A DNA stretch of 64,000 nt from Bugula neritina (lineage: Eukaryota; Animalia; Bryozoa): NCBI GenBank assembly GCA_964035545.1, contig OZ037770.1, positions 2,356,001 through 2,420,000 on the forward strand. Direction: 5' to 3'. The notes under the pieces are model-generated. The model was not told the DNA's origin, did not search any database, and worked only from the letters and a program-made list of their open reading frames with translations. Both the position numbers and the translations under genes were made by a program. Below, piece after piece: positions 12,101 through 23,351 of this stretch. The stretch's first letter is position 1. The number at the start of each line of letters is the position of its first letter.

Positions 12101-15100
12101 AAAGACTGCTTAGATTTAGAAATGATTGTTCACTGTTGACTGTGATAGCCTCCTGCGTAGAAGTATAGTCACCCTGATAGGGTATTCAGTTTTCCAGGAC
12201 ATTTAATCTGCCACGATATTCATTGGAAGACTACATAATTTTGTTTCTCGGTTTCAAAGAATTTAAAAGTATTTTTATGATTTCCTGCAGACTATTTTTT
12301 AAATTTATACAATTGCCTCTGCTCCCACTTATAGTGTATGATATTATGTTCACTGGAAAATTCTTATTGTAACACGTCTCTGCTTATAACATGTAATGGT
12401 CATCAACCATAGCCTTCTGTTCCTTGGCGTAGGGTTGTGGGGATCACGGGTGCGAGTATATGACGGGTGGAATAGCTGTGGTACTCAGTCTAACAGGTAG
12501 AAACTTTGCAGCTGGGATGTCTGGAGGCCTGGCCTTTGTCTATGATATGTAAGTTGATGTAGGAATCGTGTGCTCTTGTAAGGGATATGCTGTAGTTATG
12601 TTGTTTATCAAAACTGAGTCACACTTCGTTATTAATATACTTTGTATACGACTGACTGTGTTTATTTTACAAAGAGGAGTTTTATTTTTTATGTTGAAAC
12701 TAGTAATTGTGTGTTTTACTGCCTTCAGAGCCAAAGAGTTTGAGCCCAAGTGTAACGTGGAAACTGTGGATCTGGAATCTGTGACGGAAGAGGAAGACAT
12801 GACCTTGTTGTTTGACCTACTTACTGAGTTCAAGGCCAAAACGGGCTCGGAGGTTGCCGAAAAGATTCTTAGCCAATGGCCTGCAAGTCTTACTAACTTT
12901 GTCAAGGTAGAGTTGCTGGTTGCATACATATGTCTTTTCTTGGGGTTTCATACTAACAGAGTATAGAAAAAGACTAATAACACTAATGTATCTATTGTAT
13001 GCATGTCACTGTTTACTATCACTATGAGTAGAATGTATTGCTAATATTAAATACCACTCTACTTGTTCTATGTATAAAAACATGTAGTGCATGGTGTTTA
13101 CTTGTAGTTAGCACTCAGTTTTTTTCTCACCCATCTCCTCTTTGTCCTGTTCAGGTAGCGGGTGTAGTTAGTACTCAGCGTCTGAGATAAATAGTAAATG
13201 TATTATTATTTACACACAATACATTAACATAGCTAAATGACAATGTTGAGAGTTGTGTTACCACTGCATGATGACTAGTATTTTGCTATACATGAGCAAA
13301 TCATTTCATCTGTCGCAATATTTATTTGTTCAAGACATATTTTCTCTGGAAATAGCAATAGTTGTGACCAGACAACTTTCATCAGCTCATATACCAAGAT
13401 TACTATTCTATTATCGGTTTTAAAAATATCAGCATTTCTCTCGTGATTTCAGGTGTTCCCCCGAGAGTATCGTCGCGCACTCGACGACCAGAAGAAAGAG
13501 GCGGAGCAATTGAAAGAGTTGGAGGCCACAACTCCCACTTTCACCATCGAAGGAGTCACGGGAGATGATGAAGACAATGTAGAGGACAAAAGTGTGTAGT
13601 CTCAGTCCATATCCATAATTGATTCTTTGTTTTTAATATCTTATATATAGTCTATGAACTACTAGATGATAACAATTGGTAATTTTTCTTCTCTCTCAAC
13701 AACTTTTGAAGTCGTGTGATTTGAGGTTGTGCTTCATTTTAATTGGGTGTTGATCAGTCTAATATTGTGATTGTCTGCTCGTGTTATAACTTGCTGAACT
13801 TTGGAATGATTTAGAAAAAACAATAGTTAACCAATAAGTTGAATAACTAACAGCCATGTCTGGTATAACCTGGTAAATATGACATTGCAGATGCACATCT
13901 AGCCGTGGAGAGTCACGAGGTTCACGAGGACATCGTCAATGTGTCGGACATTTCTCAGAAACCTCTCAAACTGGAGGTGAGTTCTGATGTCATCACGTGT
14001 TCTTCTGATGTCATCACATGTTCTTCTTATGTCATCATGTGTTCTTCGCATGTTATCACGTGTTCTTGTGATGTCATCACGTATTGTTGTGATGTCATCA
14101 CGTATTCTTCTCATGTCACCACGTGTTCGTGTGATATCATCATATTATGTTTACTGTTTATCTTGGTGTATTTTGCTGCCAAGAAGTTCTAGAAGCTTCT
14201 TCTGTTTTCTGCAGCAGATATATTGGCTGAGTTGCCAGCTGTGAGATACTTTAGTGCTACTAAATGGCAATTATATTCGCTACAAGTAAAGTACTTAGCA
14301 TTTTTCCTTGTGATCACAACTTAATGTTATTGTTTTATATTTTCAGTCTCACTTGGTAGGTATCCTCTGTTGTACTAAGTATGAATGGAGATTGAATCTT
14401 CTAGCATATCATAATGTCGCTGCCGCTCTTGCTGTCAGCTCTTTATTTTGTTGGAATTTGCTCTTCTGCCAGCAAATTTATTGTGAATGATGCTTAGAGA
14501 AATGTTATTGAATATTGTTTTTGGATTGTTTGGAGTTGTTTGCTTGTAAACATGGTTTTGATGGGTAGTTATAAGCTGTGTGTTTGCGTGATGTGACTCA
14601 TACAGTAAACATGGCTGCTGCCGCTGCCTCTCCTTATGCACTTCCTGTTTCTAAAAATAGATTGATTTGATGAGTTATCAGTTCTAAGAATAGACTACAT
14701 GTAGATGAGTCATAGCTTCCGGAACTTGGTTGCACTGGTCATAGTTTCTAAAAATACATAATTGTATTAGTCTTAGCATATCATTAAAGCTTGCACTGCG
14801 CGCCATAATTCAGCTATAAATAATGTACTCCTTTGAGTTTGATAGTGTCTTAAGTTTGTCTTTAAAAGATAGATCTGTGAAAATTTTAAGGTCTAATGAC
14901 TACTTGTGATTTTATTCTAACAAAGATTTGTTGCTTCTTTGCAGTAGAGTTATTTTTTAACATTTTATATTATCAGAAATCTTGCAATTGACCAACTTTT
15001 CCAGATCCAGTATTCTGTACCACTCGGGTAAACAAAGAGCATGTACATTGGTGTATTGTTTGTCATTAGAAAATTAATTTACTGGAAACATCATCATAGA

Positions 15101-18100
15101 ATTAGTTCTCTCATACCAAGACCTGTAGCTATATAAGCACATGTTCATTGATCTCTATACTAGAATCGCACACTCAGCACTGGGTCACTGAACATCGAGG
15201 ATCTAGAGGATGTTGTGAAGGACCAATTACACGGCAGACGGGAAAGCGTCAACCTAATTACTTCCGACAAAGTAGATAAAGTCAGGTGAGAATATCTACC
15301 TGTTATCTTATTGTCAGCGTGATGCCGATTGCCAGCGTGGGGCCGCTTTAGGTGTTTCTGGTTTAGCATACCGGTGTCTAACTCTACTACCCATACTCTT
15401 GTTTAAACTGAGCAGGCATGTAAAATGTTGAGATAATCTGTAGAATAATATAAACAATGTTGTGTTTTCTACATATAGTCTATAAATATATGTACATCTT
15501 ATATACTGACAATGTTTTGTATTCTACATGCGCGTCAGAATTAAGGGAAAATAATATTATGTCCTGATAATGTTGTGTATTTTATGTATACTTTTTGTGT
15601 ATTGATATTGCAGTGTGTATGCAGGGGTTTGTAAAATACAGTGGTGTATATGTAGGGGTTTGTAAGATACAGTGGTGTATATGTAGGGGGTTTGTAAGAT
15701 ACAGTGGTGTATGTGTAGGGGGTTTGTAAAATACAGTGGTGTATATGTAGGGGGTTTGTAAGATACAGTGGTGTATATGTAGGGGGTTTGTAAGATACAG
15801 TGGTGTATATGTAGGGGGTTTGTAAGATACAGTAGTGTATATGTAGGGGGTTTGTAAGATACAGTGGTGTATATGTAGGGGGTTTGTAAGATACAGTGGT
15901 GTATATGTAGGGGGTTTGTAAGATACAGTGGTGTATATGTAGGGGGTTTGTAAGATACAGTGGTGTATATGTAGGGGGTTTGTAAGATACAGTGGTGTAT
16001 ATGTAGGGGGTTTGTAAGATACAGTGGTGTATATGTAGGGGGTTTGTAAAATACAGTGGTGTATATGTAGGGGGTTTGTAAGATACAGTGGTGTATATGT
16101 AGGGGTTTGTAAGATACAGTGGTGTATATGTAGGGGGTTTGTAAGATACAGTGGTGTATATGTAGGGGGTTTGTAACATACAGTAGTGTATATGTAGGGG
16201 GTTTGTAAGATACAGTGGTGTATATGTAGGGGGTTTGTAAGATACAGTGGTGTATATGTAGGGGGTTTGTAAAATACAGTGGTGTATATGTAGGGGGTTT
16301 GTAAGATACAGTGGTGTATATGTAGGGGGTTTGTAAGATACAGTGGTGTATATGTAGGGGGTTTGTAAGATACAGTGGTGTATATGTAGGGGGTTTGTAA
16401 GATACAGAAGAAGTATGTTTAGGGGTGTTTGTAAGATACAGTGGTGTATGTAGGGGGTTTGTAAGATACAGTGGTGTATGCAGGGGGTTTGTAAGATACA
16501 GTGGTGTATATGTAGGGGGTTCGTAAGATACAGAAGAAGTAAAAATGCGTACAGAAAAGCTGAAAACAGATCTAAAGACTGGAAGGAGATCTTCGATCAC
16601 AAGGCTATACGTCGTGGTTTGCAGGTAAGTTAGAGCTCAATGGTGAATCATTAGCTTTACTTTGGTTTTCTTACTCTGAAATATTCTTAGCCAATTAAAA
16701 CCGACATAACATCAAATCTGGAATAGTTGAAGTTGCTCCTTCCGCTATTGTGACAGTTAAACTGTGTTGTACTTCATCTGAGAATAAAATGAAACTCGGA
16801 TTTGTCATTCCAATGTAGCATGTGTAAAAATTGTCAGACACGGGCTATGACCCCCCCCCCCGCCTCTCATTACGTTAATGACATAGCCTGATGACCCATG
16901 AGGAATAATTACTACATTACACTATCATTACCACACGTTCTGGTGGGACTCCAACCTAGTTTAGTTTCCTCATGCACCATTTATTGTAACAACAATATTA
17001 ATAGGCTACAGTATTTAGACTGTGTTCTCATGTCCATCTCGCATTGTGGTGCGGGGGGGTGGGTACCACTGCCCGCTGTGCTAGTAGAACATGTACTAAG
17101 AACAGAGGCTACAGTATTTAGACTGTGTTCTAGGTTCAAGCTGCAAGGTGTATGGACTGCGGAGTTCCCTTCTGTCAGAGTAACAATGGCTGCCCTCTGG
17201 GAAACATCATCCCCAAGTGGAATGACCTCGTCTTCCACGTAACTAATCTCCTAATTTATATCTCAGTGAAAAGTTCGACTTGTGATTGTTCAGTTTTTGT
17301 CATTAACTTAGCCTCCAATTCTCACTTGAACTTGGATTTCTTTAATAGTCATCAGTGCATCTGCCAAATTATTTTCACAATTGAATATAAGTTCTAAGGC
17401 TAAGACCATGAAATGCAAAGGTTATTGTTAGTCAGGGTTTAGAGATAGCTAATTTGTCTTTTCAGCAAACAGTTGTCATCTCTTTGGTTTCAATTAAAAC
17501 TAAACTCTTACTGTATACCAGTGAAAACGTCCCCTGATGATGTAATAATTTTAGGGAAACTGGAAAGAGGCTCTTTACCAGCTTCTACAGACTAATAACT
17601 TCCCAGAATTCACTGGCCGAGTTTGTCCCGCCCCTTGTGAGGTGAGTTATGCCCCGCCCCTTATCATATTATAAGTCATCCCTGTATGGAGGAGTTATGA
17701 TCTTTGCTTTAGCTTTGTTTTCTAAAAACAGTTTATTTCTAGAGAGATTTTAGGGACTGTTTAATTGTCGAAAGGTCTTAATTCATAGAAGTTGATGAAC
17801 CGCATTCGATTTTCATTTCAATGAAGAATATTCTAATTTTTACTTATTTAATGCCCAAACTGTGTAAATGTAGTCACGATAGGCTATTTCTAATCAATTT
17901 TATAAATTTTTACAAGCCATTAGACGTGATGGTCGTATAAACTTGATTCTAAAAAAAAGGTAAGACGCCATAAGTTTAGGTTAGTTTAGTTTTATCCTCT
18001 CTATACAACTCATCAGGGAGCCTGTGTTCTCGGGATAAACAACGACCCGGTGACCATCAAGAACATAGAGAACAACATCATAGAGCACGCCTGGAACCAG

Positions 18101-21100
18101 GGCTGGATCAAACCCGAGCCGCCGTCTCATCGCACCGGGAAGAGAGTGGCCATCGTTGGATCCGGGCCTGCTGGACTCGCTGCCGCTGCTCAGCTCAACA
18201 AAGCCGGTCACCTGGTAAGTGCTGCCTGGATTGCAAACAGGAGATAACTCCTAAAGTTACGATGGTGTAGTAAGAGAAATTAATTCAATTTCATTTATAG
18301 AAAGTTATGAGTATAATGATTAGAAGCAGCTGTGGTGTAGGGGTTTAAGCGTTTGCTTAGTAAACACAGAGTCATGGGTTTGAACCCCCATTAAAGGCCA
18401 TTGGTGATGTTAGGAAAAGCATCCAGTCATAATTTCTCCTTTACCCCTTTTGCATGCTTTAAAAAACCTCTTTCCATCAGGGGTTCTCACAGGGATGGCG
18501 ACTATAAACTTACAGTTGAAATTTTATTCAAATAAAGAATGTTTTCTGTATAAATTTCACGCTTTGCATTACTTTATGAAAATATACACAGCACATTTAG
18601 AAAACTAAAATGTCATTACATTTTTACATCCTCCCCACCACAATTTACTTAGTTAATACATCAAAATATCCTTCACCACCAAATAGTTGTGTTTAGGATT
18701 TGGGGTTTCGGTTCATATCATTTGCAGAGAGACAATTGAGTTTGTGTGCAAAAATAAGGGTTTTAAAGTGATTCCCTTCTTTTGTAGTGATTCCATTTAT
18801 GCCACTTCCTGTATGTGGTAGTATAGATAATTTACTCGTTTGATTTGATGTGAACATTGCGACTTGATTCTAATTCTCACAATACGGTAGACATGTTAAA
18901 TATTTGGTCCTACGTGAGTGGCTAGTTAACTATGTCTTGCTTATTGTGGTTCGTGTGTTGTCTGTTGCCTAGGTTACTGTATATGAAAGAGCCGACAGGA
19001 TTGGTGGGTTACTGCGATACGGAATACCCAGTATGAAGTTGGAGAGAGAAATTCTTGACAGGTGTGAATATTTGTTGGTTTTGTTTCTGTGAGCAAATAT
19101 ACTTTAAACGATTATTAAACTTATCAGTAAATTTGTTGACTCTTTTACAATCTTATACAATTTGTTGCTATGAAGTTTTTAGTGTGCAAACATTTGTGGG
19201 AATGTAGTTTGTTGTCTATATGCTGCCTAATCCACAACATAACTACTCTTTTTCCATCATCACTGCTTAGCCAATCATCCATTGATTTATAAATGCCGCT
19301 GTGGTTGGCTGTGATGGCTCTGCTGTGACTGCCATATATGGAAAGACAGCTATGATGTGTACTCTCACTTGCCTAATTTAGCTGTGTTCACCTGTCAACA
19401 ACCTGCTCACACCTGACTCATTCATTACTCAGCTAGTATTCACCTGTCAACCACCTGCTCACACTTGACTCATCTTATACTCAGCTAGTATTCACCTGTC
19501 AACCACCTGCTCACACTTGTTGAACTGAATCTTGCAGACGTTTGAAGCTGATGGAGGAAGAAGGCATTACATTCAAGGCAGGAGTTGAAGTTGGAGTTAC
19601 CCTCCCGGCCACTGATCTAATCAATGAGTACGGCGCTGTCCTGTTAACCTGTGGCGCCACCTGGCCACGTGACCTGCCTATCCCAGGTATATAACCTGCT
19701 GGCATGTGTCATCTGTCAGCACTACAGAGTCAGCTAATCATTTGCATAACTAAGAAATAAATTGAGAATATCTCACCCGATGTTGAGCTGTTGGTTATTT
19801 TAAGCCAGCTGAAATTCTAGTATTTTATTCTGCTTACATTCTGGTTAGTATTTTTTGTTATCAACTCATAAAAGTTGGTTTGGGATGAGTCATTCAAGGC
19901 ATGCAAGGTCAGGTCAAAGTTGACAGCTTAGATCTGAGTTTATATCTGGCAGCTAGAGTCTATGTTGGTCAGATTTTTTTTGCTAGGCCTTCCGTTTGTG
20001 GCGCACTTCAGTTTTAATATCTTCGAAATGCACTCTTGCTTTTTATGAACACAAGTAGGCAGTTGTTGGGGAAAGTAAAATTCGCTGAAAGTTATATTTT
20101 ACCAGGTTCTGCTAGTGTTATTTCTCGTTTATCTTCCTTGTAATATTAATTGATAACATTTGAACAGGACGTAACCTCAACGGGATACATTTTGCGATGA
20201 ACTTCCTGCGCACCTGGCAGTCGAAGCAGATGACCCTGAACGGGAAGGACAAACAGACAGAGTTTGACGAGGCTCTGATGCAGTCAATGGCAAAAGGAAA
20301 AGACGTTGTTGTGATTGGTGGAGGTGACACAGGAAATGATTGCATCGGCACTTCGCTCCGCCAGGTGGGAATAGTTTGAGTCATCAAGTCTGCTTAAAGT
20401 TGACTCTTTTTAGTTTTGTTACTTTTTGAGTTTGAAATATTTACTTACATGTTAGGTGTACTAGTTTAGCATAAAATATTGAATGCAGATACAAAAGGTT
20501 AACTTTTCTAAGCAGGATAAGGTATGACATAACTTATTCCTAAGTTTCGTAAAATAAACAGCTGTTTCTATTTTAAAATAAAAATTGGTGAATATTTTTG
20601 ACGATTTTGATACATGATTTTTTATTTTTAGGAATTAAATTAGGTTGTTTAAATAAGTTAGTAAGATGTTTATATTGATATTCACGCATCTCAGCTTGAT
20701 TAGTCACTGGAGTTTTCTCTTTGTGATAATTTGTACTGTGTGATTGGCAGGGTGCCAAGTCTATTACGTCATTCGAGATTCTCCCCGAGTCACCCCCAGG
20801 GAGAGCCGATGATAACCCTTGGCCCACTTGGCCTAAGATCATGAGAGTAGATTATGGGCACGAAGAGGTAACACCCCTTACTTTTCTCCTAATCAAACAA
20901 CTGGTTGATTCTAGTTAATGAATTTTTTATCATAATAATTTTAACTTGTAAATTTTTATCAAAGCTTGAGTAAAAGTCTTTCTGCTTGTTGATACACTAT
21001 AACAATGTAATGAAATTTCTATACTTGAGAAATCTAACTTGTTTTAAATGGTTTTTTTCCAAGTCTTTGAATAGTGTTAGATTTTGATATTTGTTGGTGT

Positions 21101-22940
21101 TTAGAGATTCAGCTGCCACCTTCATCCTGCTGTCAAAAAGATATTTACCAACATTACATTTTGCACTGTAAGATAAGATCTAGTGTATAGAGCTTGAACA
21201 ACCATATGATTTTAGCCTTGGAACAAATCTAAATGACATATATTTGCCTTCCTATGCTATAGAATTTATTTTTCTATTGTACATATCTCTTAACAAGTGG
21301 TAGGTACAGTGAAGGCAACCTTAAGAAAAGCCTGTGTTCTAGATTAGAAGCTATTTTCCTGCCAGAAATTCAACCAGTGTTATAAACCAAAATTTCTCAA
21401 GAAAAGTTAGGCTATTACAGCTATCCCAATTTCTCCCCTACTGCATCTAAATGTCCACCAAGCGATTATGAAACATAAAAAATGTATTGGAATAAAGTCG
21501 GAGAAACAGACTAAATGTTGCTATCAACCAATCATATCGTGAGTTTCACATTAGCCCTAAATCTGTGCAGGTAGCAGTGAAGATGGGCAAGGACCCCAGA
21601 CACTACTGTATCATGAGTAAAGAGTTTGTGGACGACGGCAATGGCAACGTCTGCGGCGTTAAGACGGTGAAAGTTGATTGGAAGAAAGATGAGACTGGCC
21701 GATGGAACATGAAAGTGTTACCAGGTAGTGCTACTTCTATTAGTTGATGTTACCAAGTAATGCTATTTCTATTAGTTGATGTTACCAGGTAATATTGTCA
21801 GTTGATCCAGAAATAAATTTTGGAATTACCTTGGAATATTACTTAGTAGAAAGACAACTCCTATATAAAGCGTTTATTGTTTCCTGCAGAATCTGGTATA
21901 TGCCATATACTACTCTGTTAACTACAAAGGTTACCAAGCTCTACTCTGGATGTTTTAAGTCCTACTCTGGGTGTTTCAAGTATTACTTGACATGTTTGCA
22001 GACACTGATGAGCTGTACAAGTGTGACTTGGTGCTGCTGGCCATGGGATTCCTCGGACCGGAGAAGTCTGTGGTCAAAGAACTCAGTCTAGACTGTGATC
22101 CCAGGTCCAACATGAAGACCCCGCCCAACAAGTACAACACCTCCGTACCCAAGGTCTATGCAGCTGGGGACTGCAGGTTAGGGTTTCACTGCGCGTCATG
22201 TGACCTTATTCTAGGTCATGTGACCTTATTCTAAGTCATGTGACCTTATTCTAGGTCATGTGGTCAGTTTACAATATGTCATGTGACTGCCTCCTGCTCC
22301 GTATTAAGCTGATGTCAGGGCATATGACACCTGGGCATGTGACACCTGGGTATGTGACACCTGGGTATGTGACACCTGGGTATGTGACACTTGGGCGGAA
22401 GACACTGTAAAACGCTGATCTTGTTTCTATTTTAGAATTCATTTGTTTCATTGAAAGATATATAAAACATATATTACTATGTTTTGTAGTATAGGCCTAC
22501 ATAGTAATATATCACTGTACATATAATATAATGCTGTTTTAAGAGGAATGTCAACTTGGAGTTTCACTTTCTATAAATCAAGTCATTAAAAAGATTTTTT
22601 CTCAAATAAAAGTCAAGGAATCTCCATAAACTGTATTATTACAACCTATAAAATCAATTCTATTTTGAAGTTGTCTCCTCTTCAGCACACTCGGTTTCAT
22701 GAGTGTGTTGCAATGTTTGCTGTGTAACTCGTTAGTCTTTAGTTTATTTAATAATTATTTATATTGTACAGGAGAGGACAATCCCTGGTAGTGTGGGCCA
22801 TCACCGAAGGCAGACAGGCTGCCAGACAAATAGACTTAGATCTTACAGGCTCTACATCATTGGCGGGCCCTGGTGGCATACGTCTCGCTCCAAAGTACAT
22901 GAGGCACTACGGGCAACAAGATGCTAAAATAGAAGAGTAA
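146..22940 (+). CDS. GLT1: NADH-dependent glutamate synthase (NADH-GOGAT), eukaryotic single-chain alpha+beta fusion; 5'-partial, 37 exons in window (~1818 aa)
   Basis: Phase-consistent GT-AG exons: 146-412, 1357-1479, 2305-2492, 2861-3011, 3131-3271, 3409-3563, 4143-4235, 4690-4903, 5435-5545, 6002-6219, 6332-6420, 6657-6805, 7029-7247, 7748-7846, 8270-8428, 8919-9074, 9451-9573, 9793-9951, 10500-10624, 11057-11208, 11820-11995, 12433-12548, 12729-12906, 13453-13591, 13891-13976, 15164-15285, 16516-16624, 17134-17238, 17555-17641, 18017-18214, 18973-19061, 19538-19686, 20168-20364, 20751-20867, 21571-21724, 22002-22176, 22772-22940 (TAA). The sum is 5457 nt. Alpha-part motifs: [63 protein letters not shown], the 3Fe-4S site [15 protein letters not shown] and the GXGXG domain [14 protein letters not shown]. 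Beta-part motifs: [10 protein letters not shown]...[23 protein letters not shown] site GSGPAGL, NAD site GGGDTGNDC, and [18 protein letters not shown]. Confidence 0.97.
2063..2265 (+). mobile_element. tRNA-derived SINE, copy 1
   Basis: A-box-like TGGTCTAGGGATTAG, B-box-like GATTTGAACC, central GTGATGTTAGGAAGAGCATCCAG and tail TTTCCATCAGGGGCTTCTCACAGGGATGG. Homologous to 4448-4634 and 18324-18511. Confidence 0.85.
3577..3690. repeat. Degenerate short tandem repeat (GCTAACTCRC-type) just after the GLT1 exon 6 donor
   Basis: About a dozen imperfect CTAACTC motifs starting 13 nt into the intron. Confidence 0.75.
4448..4634 (+). mobile_element. tRNA-derived SINE, copy 2
   Basis: GAGCAGCCGTAGTCTGAGGGTTAGAGCG...GGGTTCAATCTCC...GTTAGGAAGAGCAGCCAGTCATAATTGCTCCT...TTTCCATCAGGTGTTCTCAAAGGGATAGCGACTATAAACTT; collinear with copies 1 and 3. 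Confidence 0.85.
9048..9295 (+). repeat. 41-42 bp minisatellite x6 containing the 3' end and 5' splice site of GLT1 exon 16
   Basis: Unit ACATGCCCTGTGGGCGTGGCTACTCAG|GTAGTGTGTTTAGT. Copies start at 9048, 9089, 9131, 9172, 9213 and 9255. Confidence 0.95.
13980..14140 (+). repeat. 21-bp minisatellite (~7.5 copies) directly after the GLT1 exon 25 donor
   Basis: Unit TCTTCTGATGTCATCACGTGT. It explains the repetitive ORFs at 13899-14244. Confidence 0.9.
15611..16533 (+). repeat. 32-bp minisatellite x29 containing the 3' splice site and first codons of GLT1 exon 27
   Basis: Unit GTGGTGTATATGTAG|GGGGTTTGTAAGATACA. The last copy is the real exon start at 16516. Confidence 0.96.
16516..16624 (+). 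CDS. GLT1: GLT1 exon 27 (start of the beta/GltD-like domain); absent from the ORF track and hidden at the end of a minisatellite
   Basis: tgtag|G GGG TTC GTA AGA TAC...TTG CAG|gtaagt encodes (R)[36 protein letters not shown]. It joins exon 26 (phase 2) and exon 28 (VQAARCMDC) in frame. Confidence 0.93.
18324..18511 (+). mobile_element. tRNA-derived SINE, copy 3
   Basis: TGGTGTAGGGGTTTAAGCG (A box), GGTTTGAACC (B box), GGTGATGTTAGGAAAAGCATCCAGTCATAA and the same 3' tail ATCAGGGGTTCTCACAGGGATGGCGACTATAAACTT. Confidence 0.85.
19385..19520. repeat. ~51-bp tandem repeat (~3 copies) just upstream of the GLT1 exon 32 acceptor
   Basis: TTCACCTGTCAACCACCTGCTCACAC... occurs three times and ends 17 nt before the exon. 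Confidence 0.85.
21716..21805 (+). repeat. 32-bp tandem repeat x3 containing the GLT1 exon 35 donor
   Basis: TGTTACCAG|GTAGTGCTACTTCTATTAGTTGA at 21716, 21748 and 21780 (third copy partial). Confidence 0.85.
22195..22395. repeat. Two short arrays after the GLT1 exon 36 donor (20-bp x~3.5; 15-bp x~5)
   Basis: GTCATGTGACCTTATTCTAG repeats at 22195-22262 and TGTGACACCTGGGTA repeats at 22322-22395. Both share ATGTGAC. Confidence 0.85.
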
Positions 22941-23345
22941 CTCCAAATTTTCGTAATTTCAACTTTTTGGGTTTATAGTTGGCGGTTTCAGTTTGAAATT
23001 ATCAAATTCTTTGCGTGTTTAGCTGCCAGTTTTCACTGCCAATTCAATGCAATGGTGTTGGTAAGACAATTCCACAAATAATAATCTTACAATTATTTTT
23101 GTTATTTAGCATTTAATCAGAAGGTTGGAGGCGTTTGTTTCAAGGGTTGATTTAGTGCTATAATTATTACTTGATTGATGATAGTCGTTGAATGATATTT
23201 AATCAATAAGTTATCTATATCTGGTATTTGTTGGTAACACTTAGTGTTGGTGTTCTATGAGTTTTGTGATTCTAATATTTTGTGGGTTTTTGTTGACTAT
23301 GATTGTTATAAATATGTGCAATGCTGTTGTTATTGATAAACAAGT

Positions 23346-23351
23346 AATAAA
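23346..23351 (+). promoter_or_regulatory. Probable polyadenylation signal of GLT1
   Basis: AATAAA ~400 nt after the stop codon, at the end of a GT-rich 3' UTR-like stretch and followed by a T-rich tract. Confidence 0.5.

Noticed and set aside
13899-14244. Repetitive ORFs 13899-14114(-) and 13987-14244(+)
   Set aside because: They are alternative frames of the 21-bp minisatellite.
15611-16533. CRISPR-like regular ~32-bp repeats (also 9048-9295)
   Set aside because: The units are head-to-tail with no unique spacers, there are no cas genes, and the context is a eukaryotic intron.
15541-16600. Long minus-strand ORFs (347 aa and 212 aa) with extensin-like YKPPTYTP repeats
   Set aside because: They are antisense translations of the 32-bp splice-site minisatellite. 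The period is not a multiple of 3, and the unit derives from the GLT1 intron/exon junction.
146-22940. Bacterial gltBD operon, horizontal transfer or fragmented pseudogene
   Set aside because: The fragments join through canonical spliceosomal introns into one uninterrupted fused reading frame.
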